A stretch of 64,000 nt of DNA from Octopus sinensis (Eukaryota): the NCBI RefSeq assembly GCF_006345805.1, contig NC_043008.1, positions 33,790,001 through 33,854,000 on the forward strand, in the 5' to 3' direction. Shown here in pieces: positions 25,683 through 37,759 of this stretch; the first letter of the stretch is position 1, and each line of letters starts with the position of its first letter. Both the position numbers and the translations under genes were made by a program. Below the pieces are notes generated by a model. It searched no databases and was not told the origin of the DNA. It saw nothing but the letters and a program-made list of their open reading frames with translations.

Positions 25683-25728
25683 ATGAATCGCATTTTCATT
25701 TTACTTTCTCTCCTGCAAATAGTTTATA
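25683..25728 (+). CDS. Coding exon 1 (signal peptide) of PLAT-domain type I receptor, copy 2
   Basis: Acceptor tttgtttactttcag| at 25679/25680, ATG at 25683, donor |gtaagt in phase 1. Translates MNRIFILLSLLQIVY(S): basic N-region plus hydrophobic core. Confidence 0.85.
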
Positions 25729-26174
25729 GTAAGTATTCTAACTTATAACTTCTTTCATGAATTCTTGAAATATTAATTTTCATCTCATCAAAAACATAGA
25801 CATCGATTCATTTCTGTTTTACATAATGTTACATTCTTATATTTCAGTTGCATTATCATAATTGTGTGTGTATGTGTGTTTGTGTGCATGTGTGTGTGTG
25901 TGTATGCATACACACATGCATATATGCATGTGTATGCTTGAAAAATGAAACAAAATATAAACGAGTGTTTTTACCTTTTACTCTTTTAAGTCATTGGACT
26001 GTGGCCATGCTGGGGCACTGTCAAACAAATCAACCAGAGCACATACTTTTTTTTTAACCTGGTATTCATTCTATCAGCCTCTTTTGCTGAATCGCTAAGT
26101 CATGGTTATGTAAACAAACCAACACTAGTTGTAAGGGACAAATACAAACAGAAAAACAGATTCACAAATCAATA

Positions 26175-26350
26175 TACCATATTTTATAAGGAACCCTCGT
26201 GTATAAGGAACTCCCTAATTTTTGGGGCTTAAAATTTGGAAAAATGGTTTTGTAAGAGATTGTAATACTATCCATATATAAGAAACTCCCATATTTTTTA
26301 ACCTAATTTTTGAAAACAAAAGGGTTCCTTATACATGTTAAAATAGGGTA
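26175..26350. mobile_element. MITE
   Basis: Imperfect TIRs taccatatttt..ataaggaaccc / gggttccttatacatgttaaaatagggta. Confidence 0.5.
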
Positions 26351-26354
26351 TATA

Positions 26355-26556
26355 TGAGGTGGAGTGCTGAAAAGTCCTGGCTTTAAGGCTATCCTGAAAC
26401 GCCTGGCTGGAGGCCCAAACTTAAAGGTCTTTTGCAGGGTTTAGAAAAACTGAAGGACCATTCTATGAAAGGGGAATATTTTGAATAAAATTTTGGTTAA
26501 CTAATCCTCCTGTATTTTCTCTTACCCAAAGCCAGGAACTTTTCAGCACTCCCTCA
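26355..26556. mobile_element. Mariner-type MITE
   Basis: TIRs gaggtggagtgctgaaaagtcctggcttta / aaagccaggaacttttcagcactccctca. Confidence 0.65.
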
Positions 26557-26577
26557 TGTGTGTGTATGTGTGTATCA

Positions 26578-27960
26578 TCACATCATCATCATCATTTAGA
26601 GTCTGCTTTCCATGCTAGCATGGGTTAGACAGTTTGACTGAAACTGGTAAGCTGGAGAGCTGCACTAATTTAGTCATGGCATGGTTTCTAAGGCTGGATG
26701 CCCTTCATAACACCAACCACTCCATAAAGTATACTGGGTACCTTTTGCATGTCACTGGTATGGGTCCCAGTTACGTGATACTTGCATCAGTCAAAACTCT
26801 GATTTCATTTGGTTTGATGAGTTTTCTCATGCACAGCAAATTGCCAAAGGTCTCAGTCACCTGTCATTGCTGCCATGAGGCCCAACATTCAGATATGCAT
26901 TCCACGTGCATTTTATGTGCCAGTTATGTGACACTGGCATTGGCCACAACTACTATTTCACTTGGCTTGATGAATCTTCTCAAGCACAGCATATCACTTT
27001 GATTCTAGATTTGCTTCCACACCTGAAATTTCTTCTCTAGTTCTGGTAGTGATTTGGCAATAAGAATAAGGTCATCAGTACAGAGGAGCTCCCAGGGACA
27101 GCCCGACTTAAATTTCTCTGTTATTGCCTGGAGGACTATGAAGAACAAGAGGGAGCTGTGGATTGATCATTGGTGAACCCTTACTCATACCCTGAATTCA
27201 TCGTAGTAATTGTTGCCAACTCTCACCTTACTGAGAGCCTCTCTGTACATGGCTTGTACAGCTCTAATTACTCCACATTGACCACCAGATAAGAGAGTGG
27301 GAGACCCTGTCAAAGGCTTTCTCCATATCAACAAAAACCAAATACAGAGGTTTATTTTTGGCTCAGTATTCCTCCTTCAGCTTCTTTACCAGAAATATAG
27401 CACAGGTGGTGCTTCTCCCTGGCACAAAACCAAACTGTGTCTCATTTAGACTAACTCTCTTCCTAATTAGTTGGGCTACAACCCTCTCTATAACTTTCAT
27501 TACCTGATGTAACAATTTGATACCTCTGTAATTATTTCTGTCTAAGCTGTTGCATTTACCTTTGAGCAGCTGACAATAGTGTTGCTATACCAGTCATTTG
27601 GTATAGCACCCTCAGGTATAACCTTAGTAACTAGACCATAGCCAACACTGTCAGCTATTTCAAACATCTCAGCAGTGATTCCTGATAGGTTGGGGGCTTT
27701 CCTAGTCTTCATATTCTTCATAGCTTTATCTACCATGCTACTGTCTGTTCTGATTGGTAGGCAGACTTTCCTTCTCCCATGAGTTCATTACATTTAGTAG
27801 CCTTTCATAATGGCACTTCCAAGCCTCTTGTTTTGCAGTGTCACTAATTACCATTGAATCATCATCCATGTGAACACACTTTTTCCCAACAACATCACAA
27901 TTTTCCCTATGTATACCTGCTTCTTAATTCCCCTTTTAGCTGCCTCAGAGCTGGCTTTGC
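26578..27960 (-). mobile_element. Older degenerate RTE LINE copy
   Basis: Homologous to 9140-13196 (KTRKAPNLSGITAEM; shared 3' end); internally deleted. Confidence 0.85.
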
Positions 27961-27989
27961 CATTTCCACTTTCAGTTCGGAGAATTTGG

Positions 27990-29095
27990 CAATTTTTCAA
28001 CCTCTTTACTCACAACATTCATGTCAATGGGCCTGGATAAATCAATGATCTGACAGTATTTGTCTCTCTTATTCAATATGACAACATCCAGCCGACGGTG
28101 TTCAATTACATGATCCATCTGAAAATCATAGTCCCAGAGTATCGTTACTTTTCCATCCTCCTGCATAACTTTACTTGGTACACGCTGAGACCAGTTCTCC
28201 ATTATTTCATATTGATATTTATGGCATGAGAGCCAATAAAGATACACACACATTTTATCATGGTGACGCTTGTATTCTTTTTGTGTAAGGCTCTCACATC
28301 CACTTACCAAGTGGGTCCCATTTCCCACACTCTTTCCACAGAATCTGCATTTCTGTGTGTCAGAAGTTTTATAGATGTTGTACTTCACTGAATTGGTAGC
28401 GAGAGCCTGGTCTTGTGCAGCAATGATCAGGTTTTCAGTGAAATGCTTCAAATCACCTCACTCAAGCCATGCCCATGATGCTCTATTATCCTTAACATCC
28501 TGTGTATTCCATTCAAACTGTCTATGCATTCTCATTACAAGAATGTCATCCAGTTCCAAAATCCCTAAATATCTATCCCCGCTACCGTTGGGTTCAAGGA
28601 GTACTTTACTTGAGTACAATTTGGTTTTCCAGTCTTTCATGCTATGCATCAGAAAATTTGTGATGTTGCTGACAACATCAAACACCAGCAGACATTCAAC
28701 GATCCCAGAATGAGGAGGCATCATATCATATGCCTTCTTAAAGTCAAATCCAAGCCATAGACATCTTTGTATGATGTTTTTTACAATGCGTCAAAACTGT
28801 TTTATTGATGACCAGGTGATCCTTGGTACCCTGAGAACTCTTCCTACATCCTTTTTGTTTCCTTGGTAGTATTTCTTCCTATGCCAGGAAAGCATATGTC
28901 TCTGCTGCACATATTCCAGTGAGTATCTTGCAGATGATGTTTAGGAATGCTATGGGATGGTAGAGGCCCACAATATTCCCCTTTCTTCTATCTTTCATTA
29001 TAAGTCTTGTCCTCCCATTCACCGTCCATGTAGGGCCTGCACCTTTCTGGACACACTCATTCAATTGGGCTGCTAGTCTTTCATGCACATTAGTA
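27990..29095 (-). mobile_element. R4/Dong-like (restriction-like endonuclease) non-LTR relic
   Basis: GRTRLIMKD...YHPIAFLNIICKILT (RT start), CRFCGK...HLVSGC zinc knuckle, HDK, ILWD..DHVIEHRRLDV. Confidence 0.85.
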
Positions 29096-29218
29096 GTTAA
29101 TAACAGCCATTGATATGAAAGGTAAGATTAATATTCAGAAAATATTTGGACTAATATTAATTTTTCATCGAATGAATTGAAGTTTTTTCTCCAATTTCTG
29201 ACACTTATTTTCTTTTAG

Positions 29219-29284
29219 GTTCTGTGGGTCAGAGTAAGACCATCATATTGAATTCACAATTACAGCCTGAACCAATATCAAAAA
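29219..29284 (+). CDS. Coding exon 2 (signal cleavage region and N-terminal linker)
   Basis: Acceptor cttattttcttttag|, donor |gtacgt; 66 nt, phase 1-1. Translates (S)SVGQSKTIILNSQLQPEPISK(N); S-V-G fits a -3/-1 signal peptidase site. Confidence 0.8.
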
Positions 29285-29641
29285 GTACGTATCAGAATAA
29301 TATATGCTTTAAGAATATTTGTAGTGTGCTACTGAATCAAATGTTATTCATTTCTTTAATCTTGTATCACCATCTACTTCAGTCTTAGCAAAATATTAAT
29401 AAACATATGGTAACAACAAATTCAGGAAATTGCATTTCCGTTGTTTTTCCCAAAATTGCAGTTACTATCTATTGGTCACAGATCCTGACCAAAGTATCAC
29501 CATTTTTCTGTGATGAGGTACAAATTGAGTGTAGAATGCACAGTACTGCAACAGATACATCAAGGCAGAACATCCAATTCTGAAAAAATTATGCCATCTC
29601 CTAAACTAGACTAGTAATTTTCTCTTATCAGCCCCAAACAA

Positions 29642-29987
29642 ATAACTTTACTTGGTACACGCTGATACCAGTTCTCCATTAGTTCATATTGATATTTATG
29701 GCATAAGAGCCAATGAAGATACACACATACTTTATCATGGTGACGCTTGTATTCTTTTTGTGTAAGGCTCTCACATCCACTTACCAAGTGGGTCCCATTT
29801 CCCACACTCTTTCCACAGAATCTGCATTTCTGTGTGTCAGAAGTTTTATAGATGTTATACTTCACTGAATTGGTAGCGAGAGCCTGGTCTTGTGCAGCAA
29901 TGATCAGGTTTTCAGTGATATGTTTCAAATCACCTCACTCAAGCCATGTCCATGATGCTCTATTATCCTTAACGTCTTGTGTATTCA
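29642..29987 (-). mobile_element. Near-identical duplicate of 28165-28510 (R4/Dong-like)
   Basis: About 345 bp, with only about a dozen substitutions. Confidence 0.85.
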
Positions 29988-31214
29988 ATGAATAGAACAT
30001 CAAAAAAAGCAAATGTTATGTAGCAGTATCACATGTATTCTAGAAACGTTTCTGCTATCTAATTCAGTCTTAGAAAAGAATTAAAGGCATCCCAACTCTC
30101 TCTGTCTGTTTCTCCCCCTACCTCCCTCTCACAGTTGCTATCTACCCACTCTTCTTGATCTTCTCACTTCAGAGCCCAACCTGACACCTTGTTACCGCTG
30201 TTTTATCTCCTTTTCTAGATCCACCTTAATTACTTTCACCCACTCTTCTATGGTCCTTTCAAACAAAAGGCACAAAGCCTGAAATTTTAGGGGTTGGAAC
30301 AAATCTATTACATCAGCCCTCAATGCTTAACTAGTACTTATTTCATTGACCCTTGAAAAATAAAGTCTGCTTCTGCTAAATTGAACTCAGATCATAAAAA
30401 CAACCAAAATACCACTAAGCATTTTGTCCTGCATGCAAACAATTCTGTTTTGCTTACCACCTTCTAACTCTTGTATAATGTGAACAGATTTGTATCTCCT
30501 TAACAGCAAGAAACCTGTTCCAATTCCCTCTGTTGTACTCAAATGTTTCCTTACTTAGTATAGAACTGCCTCATTTTCTACTGTAGTTCCATTCAGCCTA
30601 TGAAGATCATAGTCTTGTAGTCCACATGGCAAATGCAAGGGTTCTGGTGCAATGAAAAAGCATCCAGTGCACTTTGGAAAGTGGTTGAGAGAAGTAAGGG
30701 CCTTCAGACATGCCAAAGCAGACCTTGAAGCAGAAACCGGTCCTCTGACACATCAGATTCTCTCAAACCATCCAACCCTTGCCAGCATGGAAGATGGATG
30801 TTAAAAGATGATGATGATGACAATGATGAAATCTGTGTGTGTGTGTGTGTGTGCGTGCACGTGTGTGTGCGTGCATGTGTGTGTGAGTGTGTGTGTTCAT
30901 GCATGTATGTGCATGTATGCATGTGTTTATGTGTTCACGTGCATGTGTGCATATTTTCTGCTCGCATATTAAATCCTTTTAATATCAATTAGATAATATT
31001 GTACAACTAGGGTACTACAGATGGTTCACCTCACTTAGCAACCAGGAGGAATTATATGTAAATAAACTAACATCATGGCTGTGAATCAAATTGTGCCTAT
31101 GACAACTTTGAAGAAAAATACTTGATTTGTCAAGATTTTACGAGAGTAGAACTCCAAAGAATATTAATTAGTCAATATTTAATACCTTATTTATCTTAGA
31201 TTCTTTTCTCGTGA

Positions 31215-31415
31215 AGGCACATGACCTGAAGTTTTGGGGAGGGAGCCAGTTAATTAAATCGACCCCAGTACATAATTGGTACTTAATTTATTGACCCCGA
31301 AAGGATAAAAGCAATGTCGACCTTGGTGGAATTTGAACTCTAAATGTAAAGAAAGACGAAATACTGCTAGGCATTTTGCCCGGCGTGCTAACGTTTCTGC
31401 CAGCTCGCCACCTTC
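31215..31415 (-). mobile_element. tRNA-derived SINE (family A)
   Basis: Reverse complement of the family A consensus seen at 7123. Confidence 0.7.
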
Positions 31416-31530
31416 TTATTTATCTTAGATTGAAGTATGAATTTTATTTCCAGTCATAACTCTATTTGAATATCTAATCCAGCAGAATAATACTATCATT
31501 TGCTTGAGGCTTAGAAAACAATAAATAAGC

Positions 31531-31531
<1 letters not shown>

Positions 31532-31561
<30 letters not shown>

Positions 31562-31600
31562 TGTATGTATGTATGTATGTATGTATGTATGTATGTATGT

Positions 31601-31678
<78 letters not shown>

Positions 31679-31679
31679 A

Positions 31680-31710
<31 letters not shown>

Positions 31711-31768
31711 ATGTATGTATGTATGTGTGTGTGTGTATGTGTGTGTGTGTGTATGTATGTATGTATGA
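31532..31768. repeat. Compound (ATGT)n/(GT)n microsatellite
   Basis: Direct reading of the sequence. Confidence 0.95.
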
Positions 31769-31769
31769 G

Positions 31770-33567
31770 AATGATGCTGAAATTCAACGACTATTAGTGG
31801 TGAAGGGCCATGCCCACAGTGTGTTGCTGCACAGTGAACTGTCTACTGTGCAGCGAACTCTAGCACTTGCCCACTATAACAGTGTAAAATCACTACTGCA
31901 GCGATCTCTCAGGAAGATGCAGAACACTTAGTGGGAGGATCTTGCTCGTGATGTTCAGGCTGCTGCTGATGCAAATGACAGCAAGAAGCTTTACCATCTT
32001 ATGAAGCGAGCTTATGGACCTAAGAGCTCCACATCAGCTCCTTTGCTTTCCAAAGAGTCTTCCACTATGTTTACTAAATCAACAGAAATCACAGGTCGCT
32101 GGATCGAACACTTCTCTGAACTCCTAAACCATGAGTCAGTTGTGGATGAAACAGTGATTGATACTATGAAACAAAGACCTATCATTGACTCCTTAGACTC
32201 CTTGCCATCAATACATAAAGTAATGACATCAATAAGTAACTTGAATCTTGGTAGGGCACCTGGAAAGGATGGAATTTGTGCTGAGGTTTTGCGATTTGGT
32301 GGTAATTGCATCACACAGTCCCTTCATGAACTTATTAGTGCAGTCTGGAGGGATGGTGCAATCCCTAAGGACTGGAAGGATGCAATTATTCTTCCTCTTT
32401 ATAAAGGAAAAGGAGCCAGAACAATGTGTGGTAACTACAGAGGTATTGCTCTACTATCAGCTGCTGGCAAGGTTCTGGCAAATATTCTTCTTACCCGACT
32501 GAATGGGTGTCTCATAAATGATGTCCTATCTGAATCTCAATGTGGCTTCCGATCTGGTAGAGGGACAATGGATATGATTTTCACAGCAAGACAGATGCAG
32601 GAGAAGTGCTATGAGCAGAATATGGATCTTGTCCAGGTATTCATTGATTTAACTAAGGCCTTTGATACTGTAAATAGGGCCTTTCTATGGAAAATACTTG
32701 GCAAACTTGGATGTCCGGATCACTTTGTATCAATAATTAAATCATTTCATGATGGGATGGAGGCTTGGGTCAATGTTGGTGGTGCCATGGCAGGACCCAT
32801 TCCTGTAGAGAATGGTGTTAAGCAGGGTTACATCCTTGCCCCAACTCTCTTTTCTTTGTACTTTGCTGCTACTTTTACTCATGCTTTTGCTAAGGTTAGC
32901 TCTCTGGGAATATATGTCAGATATCGATCTTCTGGCTGCCTCTTTAATCTTCGCCGATTTGCTGCCAATTCAAAGGTTTCCCAGTCTATTATTCGTCACC
33001 TCCTTTATGCAGATGACTGTGACTTAGTCACTCATACAGTGGATGACATGCAAATACTCATGAATTGCATTTCTGCTTCTTGCAGGGCATTTGGACTCAG
33101 CATTAGCCTGGAACAAGACTGTTGTAATGTTCCAGCCTGCACCAGGAAATCCATATATAGAACCAGCTATACTTGTGAATGGAAGGAGACTCCGGCAGAA
33201 ACCAGGGCTGCGATTTAAGGACTGTGTCAAGTCCTCGTTAAAGGCCTTTGATATGCAGGACATTGACTGGGAGAACAATGCCTGTCATCGCCACAGATGG
33301 AGGAAGCAGGTTAAGGAGGGGACCGACACCTTTGAGAGAGCACGTATCCAGCATGAAGAACTTAAGCGAGCTGCGCAAAAGCGCACGGCTCGTATAGTGA
33401 ATGGGGAAAGCTTGGTCTGCAATGTTTGCAGTCGTGTATGCTTGTCAAGAGCAGGGCTCATTAGCCACCAACGGAGCCGCAAATGCAAAATATAAGTTAG
33501 TCCTAGAGCGCACAATGTTCCTGAAGGTCGGCAATGGTCTTCCTCGGTCACGAGTGGACGGCCATCA
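31770..33567 (+). mobile_element. RTE/BovB-like LINE, 5'-truncated, internally deleted
   Basis: ORF 32001..33218: APGKDG, NYRGIALLS, QCGFRSGR, FIDLTKAFD, VKQG, LLYADD; C-terminal CNVCSRVCLSRAGLISHQRS. Confidence 0.92.
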
Positions 33568-33697
33568 TGTATGTATGTATGCATATATGTGTGTGTGTGT
33601 ATGTATGTATGTATGTATGTATGAGTGTGTGTGTATGTATGTATGTGTGTGTGTTTGTGTATGTATGTATGTATATATATATGTATGTATGTATGTA

Positions 33698-33728
<31 letters not shown>

Positions 33729-33800
33729 ATGTGTGTGTGTGTGTGTGTGTATGTATATATGTATGTATGCTTGTAAGGATGGATGGATGCATGCATGTAT
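33568..33800. repeat. Compound (ATGT)n/(GT)n microsatellite
   Basis: Direct reading of the sequence. Confidence 0.95.
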
Positions 33801-34559
33801 GTATATACAAAGTGCTGGAAAGTCTTCAATGTTGCATTGGAGGCTATTACATCAAAGGCTTTACCAGTGATTCTGAAGTGAATGTAGTCAGCTGTTCCCA
33901 CTGCTCCATCTCCTCAGTTATTCTTGGCAGGGTCATGAATTGTAACCTGCCCAGTTCTTGAAGCTGTCAGGTCAGAATTTTCTATCTTTACTTCTTTTTC
34001 ATCCTTCCTCAATTGTGCTCTGAAAATTGGTTTTGGACAGGGAGTTGTGGCAGGATGCATGGCTGAACCAGACAAGCTTTCACTTTTTTACCTGCACAAA
34101 GAGAGGATCCTATCTGCCAGCATATCCATTGACTTGCTGCCTGACAAAGTTGTTTGTCTTGTGTTCTCTGTACAGGATGCACAGCAGCCACCTGAAGCAC
34201 TCAAGTAGGAAGAATACCTTGGTTTTTGGTAGCAGCATCATTAGGTATGAACAGGTACATTGGTTCTCATCTGACTCTCACTATTGTTGCTGAGACCATA
34301 GTTGGCCACAACTTGAAAAGTGTGTCTGCTAGTAGGCTAAACTTAGTGTGGGACTCAATGCATGGAGAGGTGATGGGTGCTGACAAACATTTCTAGACCC
34401 ACCAAAATATTATCATAATACAAAACAATCAAGACCCAACATGCATGTGAACATATATATACATGCATATATAAATATATATATATATATATTCATCCAT
34501 CCATCCATCCACCCCCCACATATATATACGAATATATATATGGCTCTCAAGGACTCTGG

Positions 34560-35640
34560 GCTAATGAGCCTTCTTCACACTATTCAATGGCACTGCAAGC
34601 AAAACATGGACATGATGACCTATGACTTTAAGAGACGGTATACACAGTATATGCATTCCGTCAGATGCAGAGATAGAAAAAAGAACCCTCCTTACCTGGC
34701 TTCAACTGGAGACTTTCCACCTACCTGAATGCACTATCATGAAAGAGCCCCAGCTCTGTCTCTATGAAATCTACGTATTCTCCATGAACCTTCAGTATCC
34801 ACAACAGGAAAAACAAATTATCTCATTGCAGCCATTACAGGTGTGCCCTCATAGGGAACATTAAGCTGACGACCTGAGTATACCAACTTAGTACTGGCTG
34901 CCCCATAATTTAGCACTGGGTACTTAAACTCTGCTACCTGCTCAGACTATAGACTAACTTTCCAACCCTATGTATTTTCTGTAATCTCCCACGATTGTTT
35001 TTGCATGTGTGTGCAAGTACATGCCTACACACACACACACGCTTTCCTTTCTTTCCTTACCATTTTCCTTTCCCCAACTATCATCGAATCTTTATCCCAG
35101 GTCAGATCTAGTCACGTATAGCTGCTGTTACCATTACATGTCACCTAACAAAATGCGCCTTTACATCCGTACACACACATGCTCACACGCTGATCTCATG
35201 TATGCTCGTACTAGAACATACACAAAAAATGCTCAAACGCACACATGCATGCACTCACACACACATACGCATGAAATGTGTACACTCACACTAATGCAGC
35301 AGACATACTCGCCACACACACATTTATATATGCACCAAATGCATAAACTCACGCACTCATAAAGCAGGCATACTCCAACACACATGCACAAGTGCAAGTG
35401 TACCACCACTTCGTTTCACTTAAGATTCTTCCATCTCTCCATTCGGTCGTCTAAACCTGAAGAGCTATGTTCGCGTGAAGCGCCTTCGAAACTTTAAGTT
35501 GTGTTGAGCTGAATCAGAGTGTTATTAAATAGCAATATATGTACTCCTAGGAAATGTGTTGAATAACTCTTTCCTACTTTTGTCCATTCAGTCGTATAAA
35601 TATAGCTCCAGAGAACTGGAGCTATTCATTTGTAAGCTAA
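34560..35640 (+). mobile_element. Penelope-like relic (GIY-YIG fragment plus tail)
   Basis: MTYDFKRRYTQYMHSVR and QQEKQIISL resemble PLE endonuclease segments. A weak hammerhead-like CTGAAGAG..CGAAAC lies at 35455-35500 and a 10-bp hairpin at about 35600-35625. Confidence 0.4.
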
Positions 35641-35711
35641 AGGTATTTAACACTTTATTTGACACCAATAGACTGTCAATGGAGATTCATACAAATATAC
35701 AATGAGCTATT

Positions 35712-36165
35712 TTCAGGTTCTATCTACCAAATCCACTCACAATGCTTTCGTCAATTTGGGGTTATAACAGAAGACACTTGTCCAATGTGATCCTCGTTCA
35801 ATCCTACAGTTTGACACTTAGGGCAAATACCTTTTGCCATAGCCCCAGAGCAACCAAAGCTTTGTGAGTAGATTTAACAGACAAAATCTCAAAGAAGCTT
35901 ATCCTATATGTGTGTGTGCGTGCATGCGTGTATGTGTGTGTGTGTGTGCATGTGTGTGTGTGTCTTTGTGTTTGTGTTTGCCCTACCACCACTACTCGTC
36001 CACCAGTATTGGTTTGTTCACGTTCCTGTCATGTAGCAGTTTGGCAAAAGAGATTGATTTAATAAGTACCAGGTTTTAAGCAATAAGTACTGGAGTTGAT
36101 TCGTTCGACTAAAATCCTTCGAGGTGGTGCCCCAGCATGGCCGTAGTTCAATGACTGAAAGAAGT
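35712..36165 (+). mobile_element. Composite SINE (family B) pieces
   Basis: Homologous to 7333-7800 segments in both orientations. Confidence 0.6.
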
Positions 36166-36247
36166 GAAATATAAAATGTATACAAACAGTATTATTACAA
36201 ACAGTCAATCTATGTAATAAACATTATCTCATGGTGTTTCGTTTCAG

Positions 36248-36504
36248 ATTACTGCTGGAGAATCAAATTTTATATTTCAAGCAAATTTTTCTCTGGAACC
36301 TCAAATTATTTCACTGTTCAATTAATCAATGATGAAACACGTGTTTTCTCAAATAAAATGTCTTGTGCAAATAAATGTGAAAGGGGATCTCAACCAAGCT
36401 TTGATTTTTGCACTCCTCAAATTGATCCAGTAAAAGAATTAAAATTAAATGAAAGGGTGAAAAATTTCTTTAAAGCATTTACAGCTGGTTGGAGATTGGA
36501 AACT
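36248..36504 (+). CDS. Coding exon 3: PLAT/LH2-like domain, main part
   Basis: Acceptor gtttcgtttcag|, donor |gtaagt; 257 nt, phase 1-0, no stops. YCWRIKFYISSKFFSGTSNYFTVQL...KCERGSQPSFDFCTPQIDPVKELKL...GWRLET matches the PLAT pattern T..aGT...v.v.L / feRG...F / lg.l..i.l / W.le.v. Confidence 0.85.
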
Positions 36505-37357
36505 GTAAGTATTTGGATAGAATTCTGATTTTTAATCTATGTGTTTGTGTGTATGTGGCTGTGTGTACATATAAGTGTGGCTGTGTGTGTGCATGTGTGT
36601 GCGTAATGCGCGCGTGTGTGAATGTGCGTGATTTTGCTGCATTATCATGTTACTTAAAAGTTCCTGTTTTCAATTCAGGTAATAACATATTAGTATCGAG
36701 CTCTTTGACTACTTTCTTACATTACTTTCAATCGAGGTAATGAAACAGGTACATTAATATAAGGATACAAAGATATCTCCTTTTACACAGTCATCTCTCT
36801 CTCCCTCCCATTCCCTCTTTCTTCCTCTCTTACTCTCTCTCACACACAAACACACACTAATACACATACATATACATACAAACACATGCATACACACACA
36901 CACACAAACACACACTCATACATAGATAGACAGATATACATACATACACACATGCATAGATACATACATACATACATTAAGCAGGTGTTATTCAAATCTT
37001 TATACTTCCAACATATGTTTCGAAGAAAACATTGGTATTATTCCAGAAGGATTAAAATGATGGAAAACAATGCAATCTTCTCATCAGGGAAAGAAAGAGA
37101 AGCAAAACACATCAATAAGACATTTTAACCGAATGTGATTACTGCATATATGATGAAGGGAATGCTAGTACGCTACTTTAAAAAAACAAACATTAGTATA
37201 TATTATGTCAAAGGCAATTTATAGAAAGAGAAGGCGGAGAAGAAAGAAATTAGCAGAAAATTGAAAGTGGAGAAATATAGTGTGATAGGTGAATAGGAAT
37301 AAAGGTTAAAGGCATGGAAATAGATATATTTAGTGGGAGTGAAATGTAAGAAGACAG

Positions 37358-37750
37358 TTAAAGGTCGAATTTCACAGATTGATAGAAATCACTTATATGA
37401 ACTATAGGTATATTTTGCTTATGTTTGCAATTATAAATGCATTCTTTAAACATGTTAACAAGTGGATTTTCTGAGAACAGGATGAAATAAAGTTCATCGT
37501 TACAGAGCGTGCAAAAAGATTTAGTTTTATCATATGGAAATGATTTAGATAGAATATTCCAATCTAAATCAAATTGTTTATTATGTTCTTTTAGAGACCA
37601 AATTAATTTACTAAGCACAGTATTGTTACATTTGTTGATATGTCTAAATGTAGAGTAATGATTAGATATTCTTTTGGACAACTGAGAGGAAGAACTACCT
37701 ATTAAAAAAAAGACGTCTGAACTGGAAGTAATTTTACATTGATAAATAGA
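37358..37750 (-). mobile_element. Penelope-like element GIY-YIG endonuclease fragment
   Basis: YQC...IGSSSSQLSKRISNHYSTF...LSKLIWSLK...WNIL...CTLCNDE...LVN...CKH matches the PLE endonuclease pattern. Confidence 0.85.
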
Positions 37751-37759
37751 GTCTGCCAT

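Noticed and set aside
35455-35505. Fifth hammerhead candidate (CTGAAGAG...CGAAACTTTAAGTT)
   Set aside because: The core is present but stems I and II pair poorly, so it is noted only within the low-confidence Penelope relic.
36679-36750. Candidate exon after exon 3 (caattcag|gtaata...)
   Set aside because: It has two stops in the required phase-0 frame, and the other frames do not match the flanking phases.
36985-37167. Initially modelled as exon 4 with a 1-nt frameshift
   Set aside because: Exon 45460-45553 has stronger splice sites and the correct phases without a frameshift. Kept only as a low-interest alternative-exon finding.
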